DNA of 63,042 nucleotides, counting the filler, from Actinomycetota bacterium (GTDB taxonomy: Bacteria > Actinomycetota > CADDZG01 > JAHWKV01 > JAOPZY01): assembly GCA_025963875.1 (NCBI GenBank). It is 4 parts of 4 records of this genome, joined end to end, with 100 filler letters (N's around TTAATTAATTAA, not from the genome) between each part and the next. Parts side by side here need not be neighbours in the genome. Positions count along the whole stretch, not along the records: positions 39,190 to 58,085 come from JAOPZY010000019.1; 3 more parts are not named here. One strand, 5' to 3'. Position 1 is the first letter of the stretch, and the number at the start of each line of letters is the position of its first letter. The notes below the pieces were generated by a model. It was not told where the DNA came from, did no database searches, and saw nothing but the letters and a program-made list of their open reading frames with translations. Positions 47,748-56,172 of this stretch are shown piece by piece. A program made the translations under genes and the position numbers.

Positions 47748-48682
47748 CGCGTGACCTCCGCCAGCACGGTGTCCCAGTCATCGAGAAAGCGGGTCACCCC
47801 GTAGCGCTGCAGCGCCGCTGCCCGGGCGTGCTTTCCGGCCAGCATGGCGCGGTCCGGCTCGGCGATGAAATCCCTGAGGCCCTGCTGGAGTGCCTCGACC
47901 CTTGTGGAGACCACGCCCGCCTCCTGGGGGACCGCCTCGGGGACCTCGGTGGTGGCGAGGGCCACGACCGGCATGCCCAGCTGCATGGCCTCGATGAGGG
48001 ACAGGCCGAGGGAGGTCCATCGCACGGGGTGCAGGTAGACGCGCCGGCGCGCCATCTCCGTGTGCAGCCGGTCCTGGGGAAGATCCTCGACGCCCCCGAG
48101 CGCCCCCGCCCCCATCCCGAACAGGTCCACAGGGACCGCATCTGCGAAGCCCTCCAGCAGGTCGGTGCCGGTGACCCGGCCGCGGCGGCCGGCCTCGTTG
48201 ATCACGACCGCCGCACGCGCCAGCTCGCCCGTGTAGCGCTCGCCGGGATCGATGATGCCGTGCTCCACCACGACGGTGCGCGTCGAGCCCGTGTCCCAGA
48301 ACAGCCGGTTGAAGTTGGTGACGTGGGCGATGGTCAGGTCCGGCCAGTCGGCCGCAGGGTGGCGCATGGCGCCGATCCGGCCCTGGGGGGCGTTGTGCTC
48401 GACGTACACCGCCGGTACGTCCCGTCCGGGCCTGCGCCCCCCGAGCCATGCCTCGGCCATGCCGAAGAGCTCCTCGGGGCGCTGGAGCACGACGACGTCG
48501 ACGCCGGCGACCGCAGCTTCGGTGGGAGTGACCTCGGACACCGAGTCGGGCCACTCCCAGGTGCGGGCCCTCCCCCGTCCGTCGGGCCCCCGGTCGGGGA
48601 GCACGGGAACGAGGTACCGGTGCGATCCCTGGACGAACGCGGTGGTCCACGAGCCGTGGACGTGCCAGACGAAAACGTTCAC
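47744..48682 (-). CDS. GT-B fold glycosyltransferase (GT4-like)
   Basis: WHVHGSW; RWTSLGLSLIEAMQLGMP donor-binding motif. Confidence 0.85.
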   Translation of the reverse strand: MNVFVWHVHGSWTTAFVQGSHRYLVPVLPDRGPDGRGRARTWEWPDSVSEVTPTEAAVAGVDVVVLQRPEELFGMAEAWLGGRRPGRDVPAVYVEHNAPQGRIGAMRHPAADWPDLTIAHVTNFNRLFWDTGSTRTVVVEHGIIDPGERYTGELARAAVVINEAGRRGRVTGTDLLEGFADAVPVDLFGMGAGALGGVEDLPQDRLHTEMARRRVYLHPVRWTSLGLSLIEAMQLGMPVVALATTEVPEAVPQEAGVVSTRVEALQQGLRDFIAEPDRAMLAGKHARAAALQRYGVTRFLDDWDTVLAEVTR

Positions 48683-49683
48683 TGCCGCCCAGCGAGCCGC
48701 CTCACGGCCACGTTGCCGGCGATCCAGTGGTACGAGGCCACCGGGGGCATGACGAGGCTCGTCGCCAGCATCGTGGCCACCTCCCGCCGGGTTCTCGGCC
48801 CGGGTGCGATGCGGGCCCAGGCGAGCTCGGACGTGCCGGCAAGCCAGGCTCCCAACGCCAGCGCGACAAGCCAGCGGCGGCGCGCCGCCAGCCCGGCGAG
48901 GGCGAGGGTGCCGGCGGCGGTGGTTGCAAGGTGCCGTGGCCGGCGACCCCGGGGCACTCCGGCCCGCTCACGCCACGCAGGGCCGTGGACCGCCCGCATC
49001 AGGGCGTCGTCGCGGTTGCCCTTCTGGAGCCGCAGGCTGACCCACAGGCCGGCCGGACGGACGGGGTGGGTGATGTGCCGCTCCCCCCGAACGATGCGGA
49101 ACCCCGCTCCGGTCACCCGGAGCCCGAGGTCGGCGTCCTCCCGGTAGGCCCGGGGGAACCGCTCGTCGAAGCCTCCGACGGCTGCGAGGACAGCCCTGCG
49201 GTACGCCATGTCGGCGGTGGCCCACCGGGCGCCCTCCAAGCCCGCGACGTTGCGCTCCCAGTCGGTGGGGACGGCGGGCAGCGGCACCCTGATCCGGCCC
49301 TGGCTCGCACCGACGTCCGGAGCGAGGGTCGCGAGGTCGGCGGTCAGGTCGGCGAGCCACGTCCGGGTCGGGACGACGTCGTCGTCGAGGAACACCACCC
49401 ACTCGGCGCCCGAGGCCACCCACCCTGCGTTGCGGGCCGCCGCCGGACCCCGGCCGCGGCTCGGGATCACGACGACGAGCGAGCGCAGCGCCGGGGGGAC
49501 TGCCTCCTTCAAGGATGTGGGACCGCCGCCCCCGTTGCGGTGATCGACGATCCGGTCGTCGACGAGGAAGATCCGCGCGTCGCTGCTGGCCACACCGCCA
49601 CTCGCCAGGGCCTGCAGCAGGTCCCCGAGACAGGCGCGCCCGATCGTCGGGACAACGATGTCGAACGACGGCGGAGCGGTCAT
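48679..49683 (-). CDS. glycosyltransferase family 2 with C-terminal TM helices
   Basis: VVPT.GR, GPAAARNAG, FLDDD, GGFDERF..REDADL. Confidence 0.92.
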   Translation of the reverse strand: MTAPPSFDIVVPTIGRACLGDLLQALASGGVASSDARIFLVDDRIVDHRNGGGGPTSLKEAVPPALRSLVVVIPSRGRGPAAARNAGWVASGAEWVVFLDDDVVPTRTWLADLTADLATLAPDVGASQGRIRVPLPAVPTDWERNVAGLEGARWATADMAYRRAVLAAVGGFDERFPRAYREDADLGLRVTGAGFRIVRGERHITHPVRPAGLWVSLRLQKGNRDDALMRAVHGPAWRERAGVPRGRRPRHLATTAAGTLALAGLAARRRWLVALALGAWLAGTSELAWARIAPGPRTRREVATMLATSLVMPPVASYHWIAGNVAVRRLAGRQ

Positions 49684-51323
49684 GGACCCGGCGGGCTGAA
49701 CGGATTCCTTCGCACGAGGAACGGGCCCAGGGCGAGGGCGTCGACGGGGGCGGAGCCGAAGCACTCGAGGGCGTCGCGCGGGCTGTCCACCATGGGACGG
49801 CCCGCGGTGTTGAGGCTGGTGTTCACCACCACCGGGACACCGGTACGGGCATCGACTTCCGAGAGCATCCGCGCCAGCAGGGGCTCGTCCCCGGCATCCA
49901 CCGTCTGGATACGGGCCGTGCCGTCCACGTGGACGACCGCCGGGATCAGCGGTGCCCATGCGGCGTGCACCCGGTGGGTGAACAGCATGTAGGGGCTGGG
50001 AATGGGGCCGTCGAAGATCTCCCTCGCCCGATCCAGCGGCACCATGGGCGCCACGGGGCGGAACTGCTCTCGGCCTTTGATGTCGTTGAGGCGCTCCAGA
50101 TTGCGGGAGTCGGTGGCGTTGGCGAGGAGGCTGCGATGCCCGAGCGCCCGGGGGCCCCATTCGCTGCGGCCCTGGAACCACGCCACGACGCCGTTGCCGG
50201 CAATGACCTCCGCGACCGCCGCGGCGATGTCAGAAGGCCGCTCGTAGCCGACCCTCGCCCGGTGCAGCCATGCCTGCAGCTCGCCGTCGGTCCACTCCCG
50301 GCCGAGCGCCGCGGAGGTCATCGGCTGGACCTGGTCGCCGCCATCCCGTGCCACCGCCAGCGCGGCCCCCAGGGCGGTGCCGGCGTCCCCGGAGGCGGGC
50401 TGGACCCAGATCTCCTCGTAGGGCCCCTCCCGCCAGAGCCGGGAGTTCGCGACGCAGTTGAGGGCCACGCCCCCCGCGAGGGCGATCCTTCGCTCGCCCG
50501 TCCGGCGCTGGAGCCACGCCGCCAGCTCGAGGATCATCTCCTCGAGGCGGACCTGCACGCTCGCGGCGAGGTCGGCATGCTCGGGTCGCCATTCCTCCCC
50601 GGGCCCGCGCGCCTTGGCGAGGGTCTGCCAGTTAAGGGGGCCGGCGTGGAAGGTCCCGTCGGGATTCGTGTGGACGGCCTGGCGCAGCTCCGCCAGGTGC
50701 ACGGGCTCGCCGTACGAGGCGAGCGCCATCACCTTGTACTCGTCCGAGGACCGGCGAAAGCCCAGGTGCGCGGTCAACTCCTCGTACAGGAGCCCTAGCG
50801 AATGGGGCAGCTGCTGGGTGGCCAGGACCTCGATCCCTCCGTCGACCGCCCTCCCGGCGAGGTAGGACGTCCGCTCGCCGCGGCCGTCCAGCACCATGAC
50901 GGCGCAGCTCGGCCACGGGGCGGCGAGCGCCGCCGAGGCGGCGTGCGCGACATGGTGACGGACGAAGCGCAGCCGTCCCGGGTCCAGGCCCGGGAGCACG
51001 GTCTGGAGGAAGAGGCCGGCCCGGCTGGCATAGAGGGTTCGGAGCCCCTCCCAATCGTTGGCGGTGAGGTCCTGGCTCAGGGGGGCCTCGGTGGGATCGT
51101 AGGAGTAGGCCACGGCGTCGAGGTCTTCCGCTTCCAGCCCTGCCCGCTCCAGGCACCACCGGGCGGACTGCTCCGGCAGCTCCCAGGTGGAGAACGGCAC
51201 GGGGGTCTTGCCGTGCTTGCGGCGCGTGAAGCGCTCCTCCTCCGCCGCCGCGACGAGCCTGCCGTCCACGACGACTGCCGCCGCCGGATCGTGGAAAACG
51301 GCGTTAACCCCCAGGACACGCAT
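49680..51323 (-). CDS. O-carbamoyltransferase (NodU/CmcH/TobZ family)
   Basis: HDPAAA, EEERF.R.K, HHVAHAASA, DGRGE, EYKVMALA.YG, GGVALNC, GPRALGHRS, FRPVAP, HVDGTARIQ, NTSLN. Confidence 0.96.
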   Translation of the reverse strand: MRVLGVNAVFHDPAAAVVVDGRLVAAAEEERFTRRKHGKTPVPFSTWELPEQSARWCLERAGLEAEDLDAVAYSYDPTEAPLSQDLTANDWEGLRTLYASRAGLFLQTVLPGLDPGRLRFVRHHVAHAASAALAAPWPSCAVMVLDGRGERTSYLAGRAVDGGIEVLATQQLPHSLGLLYEELTAHLGFRRSSDEYKVMALASYGEPVHLAELRQAVHTNPDGTFHAGPLNWQTLAKARGPGEEWRPEHADLAASVQVRLEEMILELAAWLQRRTGERRIALAGGVALNCVANSRLWREGPYEEIWVQPASGDAGTALGAALAVARDGGDQVQPMTSAALGREWTDGELQAWLHRARVGYERPSDIAAAVAEVIAGNGVVAWFQGRSEWGPRALGHRSLLANATDSRNLERLNDIKGREQFRPVAPMVPLDRAREIFDGPIPSPYMLFTHRVHAAWAPLIPAVVHVDGTARIQTVDAGDEPLLARMLSEVDARTGVPVVVNTSLNTAGRPMVDSPRDALECFGSAPVDALALGPFLVRRNPFSPPGP

Positions 51324-51335
51324 AGCGGTTAGTGC

Positions 51336-51360
51336 CTTCCCGCACTTCCCGCCCTCAAAC
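51336..51360 (-). promoter_or_regulatory. SigB/SigF-type promoter of the glycan operon
   Basis: GTTT-N15-GGGAAG on - strand, 12 nt before the carbamoyltransferase ATG. Confidence 0.55.
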
Positions 51361-51423
51361 CGCCCGCCCGTCAGAGTTCACACCTCCTTCATGAGGGGCT
51401 CCATGAGGCACGTCATGGCGCAG

Positions 51424-51450
51424 AAAAAACCGGGCCCCTTCGGGCCCGGT
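51424..51450 (-). terminator. intrinsic terminator
   Basis: ACCGGGCCC/GGGCCCGGT stem plus a U-tract on the - strand, after the 62-aa ORF. Confidence 0.75.
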
Positions 51451-51473
51451 CCGGTGCTTGCAGGGGATGGGAT

Positions 51474-51662
51474 TTAATTGCTGGTCTGGGTGCCCTCCGC
51501 CGGGCCGGCGCTTTTTCCGCCGCCCTGGAAAGCGTTCTGGCCGGCCTTGTGGCCCTCCTCGCTGCCCTCCTTGCCGACGTCGGGAGCCCAGCCATGCGTG
51601 TCAGCGCCAGTGCGCTCCTTCACTTCGTCGCCACTGTCCTCGATGATCTGACCTTCTCCCAT
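51474..51662 (-). CDS. small hydrophilic Gly/Glu-rich stress-protein-like peptide (62 aa)
   Basis: GAGAGGAGAG RBS, GGGTAC -10-like element at 51701-51706, own terminator. Confidence 0.75.
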   Translation of the reverse strand: MGEGQIIEDSGDEVKERTGADTHGWAPDVGKEGSEEGHKAGQNAFQGGGKSAGPAEGTQTSN

Positions 51663-51753
51663 GCCGACTCTCCTCTCGGAATGTTGCCGTCATATTTCGT
51701 GTACCCTCTGCCCCCCGCCGAACACCTGGGAAATACCGGTGTCCATCCGGGAC

Positions 51754-51779
51754 GTTTAGGAGGTCTCCGGGCAGGGAAT
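51754..51779 (+). promoter_or_regulatory. SigB/SigF-type promoter
   Basis: GTTT-N16-GGGAAT upstream of the MEDS/anti-sigma gene. Confidence 0.6.
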
Positions 51780-51879
51780 TTCCGTCCGGAGATGTGGAGC
51801 GCACGGGCGAAGCCGGGCGAGTGTCGAGGCGCGGGAGCAATCCCGGCCTGACCGCTGCGCGGCGAGGAGACGGGGCCAC

Positions 51880-52869
51880 ATGATGCAGGAAACGGAGCCG
51901 GGGTCGCCCTACGAGGCGCGCCCGGCGGTGGGGAGCCAGGAGCGCTTCTCGCACGAGGCGTTCGTCTATGCCACGGGCGACGATTTCGTCGCGGGAACAC
52001 TCCCGTTCCTGCAGGAGGGCCTCGACGCCGGCGAGCAGGTGCTGGCCCTGCTCGGCCAGGACAAGATCGATCTCCTCCGTTCCAAGCTGGCGAAGGATGC
52101 CCATCGCGTGCGGTTCGCCGACATGGCCACCGTCGGCGCGAACCCCGCTCGCATCATCCCGGTGTGGATGAGGTTCGTCGACGAGCGGGTGCCCGGCCGC
52201 GGCGTTCGGGGCATTGGCGAGCCGATCCAGGCGGCCCGCAGCTCCGCCGAGCTCGTGGAGTGCCAGCAGCACGAGTCGCTCATCAACCACGCCTTCGACA
52301 GCACGCCCTCCTTCCGCATGTTGTGCCCGTACGACGTTGCCCTCGGACCCGAGGTCCTGGAGGAGGCGGCGCGCAGCCATCCCTTCGTGTACAGCATCGG
52401 GCAGGTCGTGCCCAGCATGGGCTGGCGCCTGGAGGGGGGGCCGGCAAGGCCGTACGAGGTGGCCCTGCCCCACCCGCCGGCGAGGTTCGAGCAGCTTGCC
52501 TTTGCGATGGGGCAGCTTCGCGAGCTCCGGGCCTTCGTCAGCCGGCACGCCCATGCCGCCGGTTTCAACGCCGAGCGCACGTCCGACGTCGTCCTGGCGG
52601 TCAACGAGGTGGCAACCAACAGCCTCCGCCACGGGGGCCAGCGCGGCGCGCTCACGATCTGGCAGGAGGGCCCGACGTTGATCTGCGAGGTGCACGACAC
52701 CGGGCAGATCGCCGACCCCCTCGCCGGGCGGCGGCTTCCGAGCCCGACGGCCGTGGGCGGATTCGGCCTCTGGCTCGTCAACCACCTCTGCGACCTGGTC
52801 CAGGTGCGGACCGGCCCGGGGGGCAGCGTCGTGCGACTGCACATCCGCCCCAGCCGCGCCACCTGTTAG
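51880..52869 (+). CDS. MEDS-domain + HATPase anti-sigma factor (RsbW/PrsR-like)
   Basis: HEAFVY, NPARIIP, GEP, CQQHE, LCPYD; AVNEVATNSLRHG, D.G, GGFGLWLV. Confidence 0.9.
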   Translation: MMQETEPGSPYEARPAVGSQERFSHEAFVYATGDDFVAGTLPFLQEGLDAGEQVLALLGQDKIDLLRSKLAKDAHRVRFADMATVGANPARIIPVWMRFVDERVPGRGVRGIGEPIQAARSSAELVECQQHESLINHAFDSTPSFRMLCPYDVALGPEVLEEAARSHPFVYSIGQVVPSMGWRLEGGPARPYEVALPHPPARFEQLAFAMGQLRELRAFVSRHAHAAGFNAERTSDVVLAVNEVATNSLRHGGQRGALTIWQEGPTLICEVHDTGQIADPLAGRRLPSPTAVGGFGLWLVNHLCDLVQVRTGPGGSVVRLHIRPSRATC

Positions 52870-52880
52870 ACCGGCGCCGC

Positions 52881-53930
52881 GTGCCAAGGGAGCTCCGCAG
52901 AGTCTGCTGGTGCGACCCCGGCATCACCCGCCGCCGCGCCGGCAGCGGCTGGGTCTATCTCGACCCCCGGGGCCGGCGGGTCACCGACGCGGAGACGCTC
53001 GAGCGCATCCGCTCCCTCGTCATCCCCCCGGCGTGGACCGAGGTCTGGATCTGCCCCATTCCCAACGGCCATATCCAGGCGGTGGGCCTGGACGCACGAG
53101 GACGGCGCCAGTACATCTACCACCCCCGCTGGCGGGTGCGCCGGGACCAGGCGAAGTTCGACCGCATGGTGGCCTTTGCACGGGCGCTCCCCGACCTGCG
53201 CTGCGCCGTCACCGATCAGCTGGCCTGCCGGGACGACCTGAGCCGGGACCGGGTCCTCGCCTGCGCCGTGCGCCTGCTCGACGAGGGGTTCTTCCGGGTC
53301 GGGAGCGAGCGCTACGCCAAGGAGAACTCCAGCTTCGGGCTGGCGACGGTGCTCAAGACCCACGTCAAGGTGCAGAAACCCTCGACCCTGCTGTTCGACT
53401 ACCCGGCCAAGAGCGGACAGCGGCGCATCCAGTCCATCGTCGACCCGGAGGTGTTCGGCATCGTGTCGCGCCTCAAGGCCCGGCGGGGCGGAGGGCCGGA
53501 ACTGCTGGCGTTCCGGGAGGGAGGGCGCTGGGTGGACGTCCGGTCATCCGACATCAACCATTTCATCCGCCAGCACGCAGCAGGCGAGTTCAGCGCCAAG
53601 GACTTCCGGACGTGGGGAGCCACCGTCCTCGCCGCCGTCGCTCTCGGCGTGTCGACGGAAGTGCCGTCGGAGCGTGCCCGGGACCGGGCGGTCGTGCGGG
53701 CGGTGAAGGAGGTGTCGCACTACCTCGGCAACACGCCGGCGGTCGCCCGCCGTTCCTACATCGATCCCAGGGTCATCGACTTCTACCACCAGGGAACGAC
53801 CATCGACCCGACGCTGGCCTTGGGGCAGCAGGAGGGGACCGGCATGCGCGACGCCCTCGAAGCCGCAGTGCTCGACCTGCTGGAGGGGGCGACCGCGCAC
53901 TCGAGCAGGAGGGCCGCCCGGGCCTCGTAG
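52881..53930 (+). CDS. bacterial DNA topoisomerase IB
   Basis: IPPAW..VWI, GRRQY.YH, FRVG...Y, KSG, KDFRTW, LGNTPAVARRSYI (catalytic Tyr). Confidence 0.95.
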   Translation: MPRELRRVCWCDPGITRRRAGSGWVYLDPRGRRVTDAETLERIRSLVIPPAWTEVWICPIPNGHIQAVGLDARGRRQYIYHPRWRVRRDQAKFDRMVAFARALPDLRCAVTDQLACRDDLSRDRVLACAVRLLDEGFFRVGSERYAKENSSFGLATVLKTHVKVQKPSTLLFDYPAKSGQRRIQSIVDPEVFGIVSRLKARRGGGPELLAFREGGRWVDVRSSDINHFIRQHAAGEFSAKDFRTWGATVLAAVALGVSTEVPSERARDRAVVRAVKEVSHYLGNTPAVARRSYIDPRVIDFYHQGTTIDPTLALGQQEGTGMRDALEAAVLDLLEGATAHSSRRAARAS

Positions 53931-53940
53931 GAGTTGGGTT

Positions 53941-54129
53941 CTAGCTGTCGAGCTCCAGCTCGATGACCCAGACGGGCTCGACGATGTCCTCCACCCGGAG
54001 CACCTCGTCCGAGGCGTGGCGCAGCCAGCTCTCGGGATGCGTGGGAGAAGTGGGACCGGGGGCGGGAGATGTCCGGGAGGTCGCACGCCTGAGCCGCCGG
54101 AATAGCCCGTTAGTGGTAGCGTCCGTCAC
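53941..54129 (-). CDS. small hypothetical protein (62 aa)
   Basis: GGAGG RBS before GTG; fills the gap between topoisomerase IB and bpa. Confidence 0.45.
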   Translation of the reverse strand: MTDATTNGLFRRLRRATSRTSPAPGPTSPTHPESWLRHASDEVLRVEDIVEPVWVIELELDS

Positions 54130-54300
54130 CGGTCATCCTCCCGTCCCCGAGTCATCCAAGAGCGAGGCTAGCCGTGCTGCGTGTCGCAAAGGCGACGGCT
54201 TTGGGACGTTCATGTGAACAATTCGCGAACATTGCCCCCAGTGGAGAGCCAGGGGCAGGGGACACCGCTGTTCTCAGGAAGAACGGGTACGCTGGGGTGC

Positions 54301-54747
54301 ATGGCTGAGCAACCGGCGGCGGAACAGCAGGACGAGGACCGGCCCCTCGACCCCGAGAAGCTGCTGCGGCTCGCCGGTCTGGTCAAGGCAGTGCTCGAAG
54401 AGTTGCGCCAGATGGACCCCAACGAGCACACGGCCGACGAGCTGGCCGCCCTCTACCAGCGGGTCTCGACCGAGATCGCCGAGGGCCTGCCGAACACGCT
54501 CCGCAGGGAACTGGACGCGATGGACCTGGGCCTCCCCTTCAAGGACGGTGCGACATCCCAGGAGGTCCGCCTGGCCTATGCCGGGCTCATCGGCTGGCTC
54601 AGCGGCCTGTTCCAGGGCCTGCAGGCTGCCATGCAGTATCAGCAGATGCAGGCGAACCTGTCCCTCCAGCAGGGTCGACCGCAGGACCGTTCTCCCCAGG
54701 AAGCCATGAGCAGGGCCCCCGAGCATGCGACCGGCCAGTACCTTTAG
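54301..54747 (+). CDS. bpa: bacterial proteasome activator Bpa/PafE
   Basis: P.KLLR....VK..LEELR, E.RLA.A.L.GWL.GLFQG.Q, C-terminal GQYL; leaderless TACGCT -10. Confidence 0.92.
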   Translation: MAEQPAAEQQDEDRPLDPEKLLRLAGLVKAVLEELRQMDPNEHTADELAALYQRVSTEIAEGLPNTLRRELDAMDLGLPFKDGATSQEVRLAYAGLIGWLSGLFQGLQAAMQYQQMQANLSLQQGRPQDRSPQEAMSRAPEHATGQYL

Positions 54748-54756
54748 GGAGGTTGC

Positions 54757-56166
54757 TTGAGCCGGCCCACAACGGTTGGGCAGCTCCGGGCTGCGGGCTA
54801 CGCCGACCGGACCGTCAAGCAGGAGCTTCGCGCGAACCTGCTCGAGCGGCTGGGGCGGGGCCAGGAACTTTTCGAGTCGATCGTGGGCTACGGCACGTCG
54901 GTGCTCCCCGGCCTGGAGCGGGGCATCCTGGCCGGCCACGACATCATCCTGCTCGGTGAACGCGGCCAGGCCAAGACCCGGCTGATCCGCCACCTCGTCG
55001 AGTTGCTCGACGACGAGATCCCCGTCATCGAGGGCTGCGAGGTGAACGACCATCCCTACCACCCCATCTGCGCACGGTGCCGCGCCCTCGTGGCGGAGCT
55101 GGGGCCCGAGACGCCGGTGGCCTGGATCGGCCGCGACGCCCGCTACGCCGAGAAGCTGGCGACCCCCGACACCTCGGTGGCCGATCTCATCGGCGACGTC
55201 GACCCCATCCGGGTGGCCGAGGGCCGCTACCTCGCCGACGAGCTCACCATCCACTACGGCCTCATCCCGCGGACCAACCGCGGCATCTTCTCGGTGAACG
55301 AGCTCCCCGACCTGCCGGAGCGGATCCAGGTGGGGCTGCTCAACATCCTCGAGGAGCGGGACCTGCAGATCCGGGGCTACAAGATCCGCCTCGACCTCGA
55401 CATCGTCCTCGTGGCGAGCGCCAACCCGGAGGACTACACCCACCGTGGCCGCATCATCACGCCGCTGAAGGACCGCTTCGGCACCCAGGTGCGGACCCAC
55501 TACCCCGTCGAGATCGAGGCCGAGATCCGCATCATGGACCAGGAGGCCACCATCCCGCCCCCGGGCGACGGCGCACCGCCGGTGGTCGTGCCGGCCTTCT
55601 TGAAGGAGGTCCTGGCCGAGCTCACCCGCCAGCTCCGCAAGTCCTCGCAGGTGAACCAGCGCAGCGGCGTGTCGGTGCGCTACACGATCGGCAACCTCGA
55701 GACCGTCGCCGCCAGCGCGCTGCGGCGGGCCGTGCGGGCCGGCGAGCCCACTGCGGTGCCTAGGCCCGTCGACCTCTGGGCTGCGATCGGGGCGTCGATG
55801 GGCCGCGTCGAGTTCGAGACCCTCGAGGAGGGCCGGGAGGAATGGGTCCTGGAGCAGGCGCTGAAGCGTGCGCTCGTGGACGTCTACCGGCGCCGCCTCG
55901 GCGCAGAGAACCTCTCCGCGCTGCAACAGCTCTTCGAGGAGGGCTTGGCGATCGAGACGTCGGACGTCATGGGGGCCGAGACCTTCCTGGCGCAGTTCGG
56001 CAGGGTGCCGGGCCTCGGCCGGATCATGCAGCGCCTCGAGCTCACCGAGGAGAGCCGCCAGTCGGCTGCCTCCGCCCTGGAGTTCGCCCTGGAGGGGCTG
56101 CACCTCTCCAAGCGCCTCACGAAGCACACCGCCGGGCCGGGCGCCTGGAAGTTCGGGACCTCGTAG
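54757..56166 (+). CDS. Mg-chelatase-like AAA+ ATPase (Rv0958-like)
   Basis: GERGQAKT Walker A, IFSVNELPDL Walker B variant, ASANPEDY, LKDRFG. Confidence 0.9.
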   Translation: MSRPTTVGQLRAAGYADRTVKQELRANLLERLGRGQELFESIVGYGTSVLPGLERGILAGHDIILLGERGQAKTRLIRHLVELLDDEIPVIEGCEVNDHPYHPICARCRALVAELGPETPVAWIGRDARYAEKLATPDTSVADLIGDVDPIRVAEGRYLADELTIHYGLIPRTNRGIFSVNELPDLPERIQVGLLNILEERDLQIRGYKIRLDLDIVLVASANPEDYTHRGRIITPLKDRFGTQVRTHYPVEIEAEIRIMDQEATIPPPGDGAPPVVVPAFLKEVLAELTRQLRKSSQVNQRSGVSVRYTIGNLETVAASALRRAVRAGEPTAVPRPVDLWAAIGASMGRVEFETLEEGREEWVLEQALKRALVDVYRRRLGAENLSALQQLFEEGLAIETSDVMGAETFLAQFGRVPGLGRIMQRLELTEESRQSAASALEFALEGLHLSKRLTKHTAGPGAWKFGTS

Positions 56167-56172
56167 GGCGCC

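Noticed and set aside
44878..47781. 967-aa ORF suggesting a larger GT fusion; likewise the extended N-termini in the track for pmbA, serA, topoisomerase IB, DMT and hemL
   Set aside because: The upstream parts are Arg/Pro-rich off-frame read-through of the neighbouring gene; real starts lie at overlap junctions (46800, 20082, 32645, 52881, 23656) or near 7131 for DMT
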